Assembly (NCBI GenBank): GCA_039028635.1
Contig: JBCCHV010000019.1
Location: forward strand, 28,343 to 92,342
DNA from: Acidobacteriota bacterium
GTDB lineage: Bacteria; Acidobacteriota; Thermoanaerobaculia; Multivoradales; JBCCEF01
Reading direction: 5' to 3'
DNA length: 64,000 bases
A model generated the notes under the pieces. It worked only from the letters and a program-made list of their open reading frames with translations. It was not told where the DNA came from and ran no database searches. The position numbers and the translations under genes are program-made. Position 1 is the first letter of the stretch, and each line of letters starts with the position of its first letter. Positions 38,926 through 46,706 of this stretch are shown one piece after another.

Positions 38926-39726
38926 ATGGATTGCAAGGCCACCCGCGAGCTCTTACCTTTTCTGTTGAATGGGAGCCTGGCCGACTCCGAGCGTCGGGAG
39001 GTCCTCGACCACCTCCACCAGTGCTGGGATTGCCGGGAGGACTTGCGTCGGGCCGCCGTGGTCTGGGTTGCCACCGAGAGTCACCCGACGGCAGAGATCC
39101 TGCTCGACTACGCCGAAGGACGTTCCCTCGACAGCTTCCCGCGCGACCTGCTGGAACAACACCTCGCGACCTGCGACGCCTGCTCCAGGGCCGTCGAAGC
39201 GGCCAGCGGAGCGATGACGGCACGAGTCGCCTGGCCTGGGCCCCCGATCGACACCGCGATGAGCCCTCCGCCTCGCCGCCCTCGCCGACCCCTGCTGGGT
39301 ATCGCGGCGGGCTTGGTCTTGCTGACCGCCTCGGCAGGGTGGCTGGGTTCGCGGTTGTCCCCGGAGACCCCCGTGGCCAACGTGCACATCGCCGAATTGT
39401 CGGCAGTTCAGGAACGGGTGCGAAACCTCCGGATTGGGCGCCTCGAGATCCCGCGCTCCCAGGCGGCCGCCCTCATCCTGATCCATCCCCTCGACCTTGC
39501 AGCCGACGAGTCGACGGACGAAGTGCGATTTCGCATCGTGGTGACCGACGATGGCGGTCTCGGGGTCTTCACCCTCGAGGACCTCGAGCGCAGCGAGAAT
39601 GGTGACTTCACCCTGCTCATCCCTGCCGACACGCTGCCGCTCGGCTCGCTGAGCCTCGAGCTCGAACAGCAGATCCTTGGGGAGTGGTCGCCGGTTGGCG
39701 AGTACCAGATCCAGAGTACCAACTGA
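38926..39726 (+). CDS. Anti-sigma factor, zinc-finger (ZAS, HxxxCxxC) with one TM and a periplasmic domain
   Basis: N-terminus MDCKATRELLPFLLNGSLADSERREVLDHLHQCWDCRED carries the canonical ZAS motif; TM PLLGIAAGLVLLTASAGWLGS; directly downstream of the ECF sigma gene. Confidence 0.7.
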   Translation: MDCKATRELLPFLLNGSLADSERREVLDHLHQCWDCREDLRRAAVVWVATESHPTAEILLDYAEGRSLDSFPRDLLEQHLATCDACSRAVEAASGAMTARVAWPGPPIDTAMSPPPRRPRRPLLGIAAGLVLLTASAGWLGSRLSPETPVANVHIAELSAVQERVRNLRIGRLEIPRSQAAALILIHPLDLAADESTDEVRFRIVVTDDGGLGVFTLEDLERSENGDFTLLIPADTLPLGSLSLELEQQILGEWSPVGEYQIQSTN

Positions 39727-39754
39727 CCGCGCCGGGTCCTGAACCCGAACCGAA

Positions 39755-39795
39755 TGGTACGGCTAGGAGGACTTGAACCCCGAACCTCGAGTTCG
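39755..39795 (-). repeat. Partial copy of the tRNA-Arg 3' end (acceptor/T-arm, att-like direct repeat)
   Basis: TGGTACGGCTAGGAGGACTTGAACCCCGAACCTCGAGTT versus the tRNA-Arg sequence at 44604 TGGTGCGGCTAGGAGGACTTGAACCCCCGACCTTGAGTT: about 36/40 identical, same orientation; no matching 5' half of a tRNA follows. Confidence 0.6.
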
Positions 39796-39932
39796 GCTTG
39801 CGCATCTCCGCCAAGGGCAGGAAGAGCTTCGTCTTCCAATACCGCAACGCCCAGAACCGGACACGCCGGCTCACCCTCGGGGCGGCTTCGCGAACCGCAA
39901 TCGGCCAGCGCGAAGGAGTTGCCCTAGGCGAT
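39777..39932 (+). pseudogene. Remnant of a P4-type tyrosine integrase (N-terminal arm-binding/DUF4102-like segment only)
   Basis: In-frame translation EFGLRISAKGRKSFVFQYRNAQNRTRRLTLGAASRTAIGQREGVALGD resembles the integrase N-terminal motif G-L-Y-L-R-V-S-P-S-G-S-K-S-W-V-F-R-Y-R...R-R-x-T-L-G. No upstream Met; the frame runs out of the tRNA fragment and loses similarity after about 50 codons. Confidence 0.5.
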
Positions 39933-40199
39933 GCGCTGGCGCAGCATCAGCACCGCCACCGCGGCGACGGCGCCGACGGTCAGGTGACCACACCAGGCGA
40001 TCGCACCCTGCGCCACCGGCAGGAACCAGAGGTCGACGACGAGGGCCAAGGCGAGCAGCGAGAACCCGGCGACGCGCAGCCCCCGCGACGCACCGGCGGA
40101 AAGGCGGCGGCCGAAGAGATCCCCCTGATGACGGGGCATCGAGCCACACAGGCAGGTGAATCCCAGCCCGGTGAAGAAGATTCCCAGCAGGGCGCTCAC
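39924..40199 (-). CDS. Small integral membrane protein (DUF3325-like, PepSY-associated)
   Basis: 91 aa with 3 predicted TM helices; its ATG overlaps the PepSY-TM gene stop (ATGA). Confidence 0.5.
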   Translation of the reverse strand: MSALLGIFFTGLGFTCLCGSMPRHQGDLFGRRLSAGASRGLRVAGFSLLALALVVDLWFLPVAQGAIAWCGHLTVGAVAAVAVLMLRQRIA

Positions 40200-41749
40200 G
40201 AGGCAGCGTCCGAAACCACCTCGCCGGCGCGCTGCCGCGGCCGACGACGCACGGTGGCCGATCCCCGCGCCGCCGTGCGCGCCGCGGCACCGTAGGCGAG
40301 AGCGAGGACCAGCATGGTCAGGTCGAAGACCACGAACACCCAGTCACCGGCCCGTAGGCTGGGCAGCAAACCCCGGCTGGTCGACAGGGCGTTGACCAGC
40401 GGCACCGCGGCGAACAGCAGGGCCGTGGCCAGCAAGGACTCGGTCCAGGCCCGCCGGGCCGGACGCACCAGCGCCCACAGGGCCACCCCACCCCAGGCGA
40501 GGAAGAAGCAGTGGACCTCCCAGTCGGAGCGCGACGGCAAGGCCGGCGGCAGCAGCCGGTTGGCCAAGAAATAGCCGGCCAGCGCCGCCCCGAGGCCGGC
40601 GATGGCGGCGATGTTCAATCGCTCGACGACGCGGAAGCCGAAATGGGGCCGCTCCGGATCGGGCAGGCGATTGCGCCGGCGGACGGTCCACTGCACCAGC
40701 CCGGTGGCGATCATCGCGATTCCCAGCAGACCGGAGAGGAAATAGAGCCAGCGCAGCGCGAGGGGAGCGAAGCGCCCGGCGTGGAGGCCGACCAGCACGC
40801 TCTCGGTGGCGTAAGCGCCGCCGCGCCGCGCCGTCTCGCCGACGGCCTCGCCGGTGGCGCCGCGGTAGGTCAAGGTCGGCGTGCGGGTGCCGACCGTCGC
40901 GCCCCGAGAGCGCCGCGCGTGGACCAGGGCGTTGGCGTCGCCCGGATGCTGCACCTGGAGGCTCGCCAGAGCGGCGCCGTCCCAGACGGCGCTGGCCTGC
41001 TCGACGATCGTCGAGAGGGGAACCAGCTCGGCCGCCTCGCCCGCCGCCTCGGCCGCCGGTGGCCGAGGAAAGGCGGCGGCGAAGTAGGCCGCGCGGTCCG
41101 GAAAGTTGGCGCGAGCCCCGAAGGGCATGTACTGGTGGGCCAGGGTCACCAGCCCCGTATAGGTGATCATCACCACGAAGGGCAGGGCGAAAATCGACGC
41201 CATGTTGTGGCCGTCGTACCAGGAGATCAGGCCCTTGCGCAGGGTCAGGGAGAAAAAGCGGGCGAAGACCTTCTTGTGGGTGATGACGCCGGAAATGATG
41301 GCCAGCAACATCGCCATGGCGGCCACTCCCACCACGTACCGCGCCCACAGCGCCGGCACATAGTGCAGGTCGAAGTGGAAGCGATAGAGGAAGTTGCCGC
41401 CCCGGGTCGAGCGCACCGTCACCGCCTCGCCGCGACCGTCGAGCAGTTGCGAGCCGCTCCCCTCCGCGCCGCGCCAGCGGACCTGGCTGCGCACCCGGCG
41501 CTCGCTGGGCAGGGTGATGGTCCACGAATCGGCCTGCGGCGCCACCTGCTGCAGATAGGCCACGGCCTGATCGGCGGCCGCCCCCTGGGAGGCCCGCGGC
41601 GCCGCCAGCTCCGGCTCCATCCAGCGGGTGATCTCGTGCTGAAAATAGGCCGAGGTGCCGGTCGTGAACATGGCGAGCATGAGCCAGCCCAGGAGCAGGC
41701 CGGTCCAGGTGTGGAGCTCGGCCATCGACCGCCGGAAGGTCTTTTTCAC
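40196..41749 (-). CDS. PepSY-associated TM helix protein (PiuB-like iron-regulated membrane protein)
   Basis: N-terminal KKTFRRSMAELHTWTGLLLGWLMLAMFTTGTSAYFQHEITRW is the PepSY_TM signature. Start assigned to the GTG at 41749 (GGAAGG RBS; overlaps the upstream stop as GTGA). Confidence 0.8.
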   Translation of the reverse strand: MKKTFRRSMAELHTWTGLLLGWLMLAMFTTGTSAYFQHEITRWMEPELAAPRASQGAAADQAVAYLQQVAPQADSWTITLPSERRVRSQVRWRGAEGSGSQLLDGRGEAVTVRSTRGGNFLYRFHFDLHYVPALWARYVVGVAAMAMLLAIISGVITHKKVFARFFSLTLRKGLISWYDGHNMASIFALPFVVMITYTGLVTLAHQYMPFGARANFPDRAAYFAAAFPRPPAAEAAGEAAELVPLSTIVEQASAVWDGAALASLQVQHPGDANALVHARRSRGATVGTRTPTLTYRGATGEAVGETARRGGAYATESVLVGLHAGRFAPLALRWLYFLSGLLGIAMIATGLVQWTVRRRNRLPDPERPHFGFRVVERLNIAAIAGLGAALAGYFLANRLLPPALPSRSDWEVHCFFLAWGGVALWALVRPARRAWTESLLATALLFAAVPLVNALSTSRGLLPSLRAGDWVFVVFDLTMLVLALAYGAAARTAARGSATVRRRPRQRAGEVVSDAAS

Positions 41750-42144
41750 AGGCGCCCTTCCGCCGCCAGGGAGAGCCACAGCAGAAGAGCCATGGGCCCG
41801 CCGGTGGCGGCCAGAAAAAGCCACAGCCTGGAGATCCTACGGATCGAGAAGGCCACCATCACGAGGTTCGCGAAGAGCAGGAAGGAAGCAGTGGTGGCGG
41901 CGACGCTCGCCGGCCCCGGGTCGAGCGGTAGGTAGCGGGCGGCAAAGGCCGTCGCCAAGGCGGTGTAGCCATAGTTGACAGGTATCGCCGTCAGCAGGCG
42001 CGCGACGAAAATCCAGCGCGACGGTGACGCCGGGATCTTGGAAGGTCGGCCGGGAGCGGCGGCCTGACGACGCTCGCTGGGGCTCAACGAATCCTCCTTC
42101 GGGGCCTGGGCCCGCCCGGGTGAATCCCGGACGAGCCCGTTCAT
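41746..42144 (-). CDS. Small membrane protein (DUF3649-like) between the TonB-dependent receptor and the PepSY gene
   Basis: 132 aa; hydrophobic C-terminal half; its stop overlaps the PepSY GTG start. Confidence 0.45.
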   Translation of the reverse strand: MNGLVRDSPGRAQAPKEDSLSPSERRQAAAPGRPSKIPASPSRWIFVARLLTAIPVNYGYTALATAFAARYLPLDPGPASVAATTASFLLFANLVMVAFSIRRISRLWLFLAATGGPMALLLWLSLAAEGRL

Positions 42145-42163
42145 GACTCGACCGCCGGAACGG

Positions 42164-44317
42164 TCAGAAGCGATAGCCGATGCGACCGACCACCGACCGG
42201 CCGGCGCCCGGGAAGCAGTCGCCGCGCGCCAGGCAGGTACCGTAGTAATCCTCGTCGGTCAGATTGCGGGCGTTGAGGGTGAAGCGCCAGTCCGCCGCGT
42301 CGTAGGCGAGCAGCGCATCGAGGAGCACGGTCTCGTCGGTCACCACTCGCACCGGCCCGAGCACCGAGCTGAAGCCGTTGCTCTCGCGCTCACCGAGGTA
42401 GCGAGCCCCGAAGCCGAAGCTGAAGGCGTTCCACCACGACGACCGAGGCCGATAGCGGATCCAGGTCGAGACCTGATCCTCGGCGATCGAAGGAAAGGGC
42501 AAGCCGTTGGCGTCTTCGGTGTCGAGCAGGCTCAGGTTGCCTTCGATCGTCAGCGGCCCGAGCTGGGTCAAGAGCTCGAGCTCGAAGCCCTCCGTCGTCG
42601 CGATCCCCTCCTGCTGGGAGTTGGGCTGGCCGATGAGGGCCGCCGGATTCGGCAGGTTGGACTCCTCGGTTTCGAAGTAGGCCACCGCCAGATAGGTGTT
42701 GCCGCCCGCCAGGTCGTACTTCACGCCGACCTCCACCTGCTCCCCCTCGCGCGGCTTCAAGGGGTTGCCGGTGAAGCCGTCGGTGCCGATCACCGGCTCG
42801 AAGGACTCGGCGTAGCTGGCGTAGGGAGTCAGGCCGTTGTCGAAGCTGTAGCCGACGCCGACGCTGAGCGAGGTGGCGTCGTCCGTCTGGGTGGTGGCGG
42901 CGACGGTTTCGACCTCGTCGTAGCGCGCCCCGAGGTTGAAAAACCAGCGGTCGACGGAGATCAGGTCGCTGAAGTAGAAACCCGAGTCCTCGGTGGTCGA
43001 AGGGTTGGGATCGCTGAGATTCCCGGGATCGAAGAAGATCGCCGGGACGCCGTCGAAGGTCGGGTTGAAGGGATCGATGACGTCCTGCCCGCGCAGGAAG
43101 ATCAGGGCGTTGTCGATGGTCACGTCCTGATAGGCGGCCCCGATGTAGAGCTCGTGCTGCAGAGCCCCGGTCTTGAAGCTGAAGCGCGCCCGCACGTCCG
43201 CCGCCGTCTGCTCCGACGAGGCGTCGCTGCGGTAGATGGTGCGCGTCGCCAGACCGGTGTCGCGGATCCGCGGCACGCCGGTGCCGAGGAAGTCGATCCA
43301 GGCCTGCCAGTAGTCGGCCTCGCCCTCCTGGCGCCGCACCGTGCCGCTCAGGGACACCTGGTCCGTGAGCTGGTGGGAAGCGATCAGGGTGAGGTTGTCG
43401 GAGCGGGTATCGAACAGGTTGAAACCGGGCTCGCCGTGGTAGGTGTCGCTGTCGATACGCCGGCCGTCGGCGTTGACGCACACCGCGGAGGGCACGATGG
43501 TGACATCGCCGTCGACGCAGCCGGTGCCGGTGAGCGGCAGGAACTGGGACGAGGTGTCGCTTTCGCGATCCTGGTACTCGTAGAGCAGGGTCACCCGCGA
43601 CCGCCCGTTGTCGTAGGTCAGCGACGGCATGATGATCAGGGCATCGTCGGTGACCTCGTCGACGAAGTGGTCGGCGTCGCGATAGATGCCGACCGCCCGG
43701 ACGTAGAAGTTCTCCCCCAACTGGCGATTGAAATCGGCCGCGACCTGGCCGCGGGACTGGGTTCCGAAGTCGACCAGGATCTCATTCGACTTGTTGGCGC
43801 CGGCCAGCTTGGAGACCATGTTGAGCAGCCCGCCCGGCGTGCCCTTGCCGAAGCGCACCGACGCCGGCCCCTTGAGGACCTCGACCTGCTCGAGGGTGTA
43901 GATATCCGTGCGGGTGTTGTTGTAGAAGCCGAAACGGATTTGCTGACCATCGCGATACTCGGACGCCGAGGTACCGCGGATGCGCGCCGAGTCGATCCGC
44001 GTCGCCGGCCCGAAGGTGTTGGAATCGACGCCCGCCGTGTACTCGAGCACATCGGCCAAGGTGAGGGCGCCCCGATCGCGGAACGCATCCGCCGTTTCGA
44101 TCGACAGGGAGCGGGTGGTCTCCAGAATCGGCGTCGCGCTGATCGAGGGCTCGGACTTCGGTAGCTCCCCGACCACCACCAGCTCTTCCTCGATCTTCTC
44201 GACCGGTGGCTTCGGCTCGTCGTCGGTGTCGGTGTCGGCCTCCTGGGCCAGGGCCAGCGGGCTCGCTCCCAGCACGAAGGCCAAGAGGAGCGGAAAAACG
44301 CCTCGAACTCTATTCAT
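42164..44317 (-). CDS. TonB-dependent outer-membrane receptor (siderophore-type)
   Basis: Start at MNRVRGVFPLLLAFVLGASPLALAQEA (GAGGGG RBS); plug region (ALTLADVLEYTAGV, VEVLKGPASVRFG), 22-strand barrel and C-terminal ...GRIGYRF. The ORF-track 41-codon N-terminal extension is rejected. Confidence 0.85.
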   Translation of the reverse strand: MNRVRGVFPLLLAFVLGASPLALAQEADTDTDDEPKPPVEKIEEELVVVGELPKSEPSISATPILETTRSLSIETADAFRDRGALTLADVLEYTAGVDSNTFGPATRIDSARIRGTSASEYRDGQQIRFGFYNNTRTDIYTLEQVEVLKGPASVRFGKGTPGGLLNMVSKLAGANKSNEILVDFGTQSRGQVAADFNRQLGENFYVRAVGIYRDADHFVDEVTDDALIIMPSLTYDNGRSRVTLLYEYQDRESDTSSQFLPLTGTGCVDGDVTIVPSAVCVNADGRRIDSDTYHGEPGFNLFDTRSDNLTLIASHQLTDQVSLSGTVRRQEGEADYWQAWIDFLGTGVPRIRDTGLATRTIYRSDASSEQTAADVRARFSFKTGALQHELYIGAAYQDVTIDNALIFLRGQDVIDPFNPTFDGVPAIFFDPGNLSDPNPSTTEDSGFYFSDLISVDRWFFNLGARYDEVETVAATTQTDDATSLSVGVGYSFDNGLTPYASYAESFEPVIGTDGFTGNPLKPREGEQVEVGVKYDLAGGNTYLAVAYFETEESNLPNPAALIGQPNSQQEGIATTEGFELELLTQLGPLTIEGNLSLLDTEDANGLPFPSIAEDQVSTWIRYRPRSSWWNAFSFGFGARYLGERESNGFSSVLGPVRVVTDETVLLDALLAYDAADWRFTLNARNLTDEDYYGTCLARGDCFPGAGRSVVGRIGYRF

Positions 44318-44418
44318 CTCATATCCCCTCGAACGGCACGAACCCCTCGAGATGCGAAGCTCCAAAGCAGCGCAACGGCGCGATTCGCTGCCGTCAGGAA
44401 ACTGCTGTTGATATCTAT

Positions 44419-44433
44419 TGAGACTTAGTCTCA
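44419..44433. promoter_or_regulatory. Palindrome TGAGACT-T-AGTCTCA in an AT-rich promoter region upstream of the TonB-dependent receptor gene (candidate metalloregulator operator)
   Basis: Perfect 7-bp inverted repeat inside the only AT-rich stretch (44400-44470) of an otherwise ~70% GC region, about 100 nt upstream of the receptor start codon. Confidence 0.3.
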
Positions 44434-44603
44434 TTAACATAAACCAATCAGTACCATAACAGTCCTGATTGCGGCGGACAATGCCTTCAAGGGCTTCCGG
44501 GAATGGTTCGAGGAGCCGAGATCGGACGCGGGCAGCGCCCGCCGCCGCCGGCTCGCCATGGCGAGGCGGGCGACCGACCGAGAACGGGATGAGGGAGGCG
44601 GGT

Positions 44604-44680
44604 TGGTGCGGCTAGGAGGACTTGAACCCCCGACCTTGAGTTTAGGAAACTCCTGCTCTATCCACCTGAGCTATAGCCGC
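44604..44680 (-). tRNA. tRNA-Arg (anticodon CCT), CCA encoded
   Basis: Cloverleaf folds manually: acceptor GCGGCTA/TAGCCGC, D-arm GCTC/GAGC, anticodon loop TTCCTAA, T-arm GGGGG-TTCAAGT-CCTCC, 3' ACCA. Confidence 0.85.
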
Positions 44681-44690
44681 GAGGGCGCCG

Positions 44691-44720
44691 ATTATACGCC
44701 CACCGGAACGACCCGGCCAA
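44691..44720 (-). promoter_or_regulatory. Candidate tRNA-Arg promoter (TTGGCC - 18 nt - TATAAT)
   Basis: Perfect TATAAT on the minus strand at 44691-44696, about 11 nt upstream of the mature tRNA 5' end; a weak -35. Confidence 0.3.
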
Positions 44721-44837
44721 CCGCCCCGGGGGCGTCCCCGCCCCGCCACAGCCACAACTCGAGGCCTGCCCCGGAACGGCCCGCTGCGATCGAGGAGCGG
44801 GTGCCAGCGACAGCGAAAGCCGGATACGATCGAGCCG

Positions 44838-46634
44838 ATGACCTTCGCCGCCGTCCTCCTCATCGTCTTCCTGCTCGCCGCTCTGTCGAGCTTCGTCTTC
44901 GAGCTGCTGCCGGTGGACGTCACCGCCCTCTGCCTGCTGGCGGCGCTCTTGCTGTCCGGCTTGGTGCCCCTCGACCGCGCGATGCTGGGCTTCTCGAATC
45001 CCGGCGTGTTGACCATCGGCGGTCTCTTCGTGATCAGCCACGCGCTGATGCGCACCGGCCTCATCGAGCTCGTCGGCGAGCGCCTGAGCAGCCGCTTCAA
45101 GCACCAGCGATGGGTCGGCATCGGAGTGCTGCTGGTGGTGGTGGCGGTGATGTCCGGTTTCCTCAACAACACCGCGGTGGTGGCCATGACCATTCCGCTG
45201 GCGGTGGATCTCAGCCGGCGCCTCCAGCTCAGCCCGAGCAAGGTGCTGATGCCGCTGTCCTTCGCCGCCATCCTGGGCGGCACCCTCACCCTCATCGGCA
45301 CCTCGACCAATCTGCTGGTCAGCACCCTGATCGAGGAGTCCGGCGAGCAGCCCCTCGGGATGTTCGAGTTCACACCCCTGGGTGGCCTCTTCCTGGTCGC
45401 GGGCCTCACCTACGTGCTGCTTTTGGCGCCACGCTTCCTGCCGGAGCGAGCCCGCATCGAGTCCCTGACCTCGGACTTCGAGATGGCCGACTACCTCACC
45501 GAGCTGCAGGTGGTCGAGGACTCGAAGGTGATCGGCCAGACGGTCCAGGAGCTGCGCCTCAGCGAGCGCTTCGACGTCACCCTGCTGGCCGTCATCCGCG
45601 ACCAGCAGCGATTCTCCGAGAACCTGCGCAACCTGCGCTTCGAGGCCGGCGACCTGCTGCTGGTGCGGGCCGCCACCTCCTCCCTGTTGCGCTTGCGCAA
45701 GGAGACCGGGGTCGCCTTGCTGAGCGACTTCAAGATGTCCGACGAAGAACTCCTCGCCGACCGCCAGGTGGTGGTCGAAGCGCTGGTGGCGCGCAACAGC
45801 AGCCTGATCGGACGCACCCTCCAGGAGTCCGACTTCCGCCGCAGCTACGGCGCCTTCGTGCTCGCCATCCGGCGCGACGCCGCCACCCTGCGCAAACGCC
45901 TGGCGCGCATCCGCCTGCGCTTTGCCGACACCCTGCTGATCATTACTCCCAAGGAGCGCCTCGACGAGCTGCGCCGCAACGACAACCTGATCGTGGTCTC
46001 GGAGCTCAACGTCCAGCTCCGCCGGGAGCGCCTGTGGTGGCTGCCGCTGGTGCTCATCCCGATGGTCATCCTGCTCGCCGCGGTCAATGTTCTCGATCTG
46101 TTGACGGGGGTTCTCGCCGCGGTCGCGCTGCTCCTCGCCATCGGCGTGATCAGCCCGCAGGAGAGCTACCGGGCCGTCGACTGGAAGGTGGTGGTCTTCA
46201 TCGCCGCCTTCATCCCGGTCGGCGACGCCATGCTGAGCACCGGCCTTTCAGATCTCCTGGCCAGCGCCATGCTGCTGCCGGGCAGCCTGTTCCCGGCCTG
46301 GCTCGCCCCCTGGGTGGCGGTGTCCTTCCTCTACCTGCTGACCTCCTTGATGACCGAGACGGTGACCAACAGCGCCTCCGCCATCGTGCTCACTCCCGTA
46401 GCCCTGAGCATGGCGGCGGAGCTCGCCATCGACCCTCGGGGCCTGATCTTCGCCATCTGCTTCGCCGCCTCCGCCTCTTTCATGACCCCCACCGGCTACC
46501 AGACCAACATGATGGTCTACGGCGCCGGCAACTACCGCTTCGCCGACTACACCCGCTTCGGCGCGCCCTTGAACCTACTCTTCTGGGTCGCGGCGACCTT
46601 CCTGATTCCGCTGATCTTTCCGTTCCATCCCTAG
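44838..46634 (+). CDS. DASS/SLC13-superfamily anion transporter with two central TrkA-C (RCK_C) domains
   Basis: 598 aa; N- and C-terminal permease halves with hairpin-loop motifs (TNSASAIVLTPVA, MTPTGYQTNMMVYGAG) flanking two tandem TrkA-C-like soluble domains. Confidence 0.8.
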   Translation: MTFAAVLLIVFLLAALSSFVFELLPVDVTALCLLAALLLSGLVPLDRAMLGFSNPGVLTIGGLFVISHALMRTGLIELVGERLSSRFKHQRWVGIGVLLVVVAVMSGFLNNTAVVAMTIPLAVDLSRRLQLSPSKVLMPLSFAAILGGTLTLIGTSTNLLVSTLIEESGEQPLGMFEFTPLGGLFLVAGLTYVLLLAPRFLPERARIESLTSDFEMADYLTELQVVEDSKVIGQTVQELRLSERFDVTLLAVIRDQQRFSENLRNLRFEAGDLLLVRAATSSLLRLRKETGVALLSDFKMSDEELLADRQVVVEALVARNSSLIGRTLQESDFRRSYGAFVLAIRRDAATLRKRLARIRLRFADTLLIITPKERLDELRRNDNLIVVSELNVQLRRERLWWLPLVLIPMVILLAAVNVLDLLTGVLAAVALLLAIGVISPQESYRAVDWKVVVFIAAFIPVGDAMLSTGLSDLLASAMLLPGSLFPAWLAPWVAVSFLYLLTSLMTETVTNSASAIVLTPVALSMAAELAIDPRGLIFAICFAASASFMTPTGYQTNMMVYGAGNYRFADYTRFGAPLNLLFWVAATFLIPLIFPFHP

Positions 46635-46706
46635 AAGCCGTCCCAAGCGGGCTGATCATGCCCCGCGAGGCGAAGGGATGCGATGTTCGACAGCTCCGCC
46701 CGCGGC

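Larger units (their letters stand above)
39755..44680. mobile_element. Degenerate tRNA-Arg-associated integrative islet (~4.9 kb) carrying an iron/siderophore-uptake module
   Basis: Bounded by intact tRNA-Arg and a same-orientation 40-nt repeat of its 3' end; an integrase remnant abuts the repeat; cargo is a TonB-dependent receptor, a PepSY-TM protein and two small membrane proteins. Confidence 0.45.

Noticed and set aside
39798-40295. 165-aa ORF on the plus strand, read as an intact gene
   Set aside because: Only its first ~45 codons resemble an integrase N-terminus. The remainder is the antisense of the DUF3325-like gene and has a low-complexity composition. It is better described as an integrase remnant.
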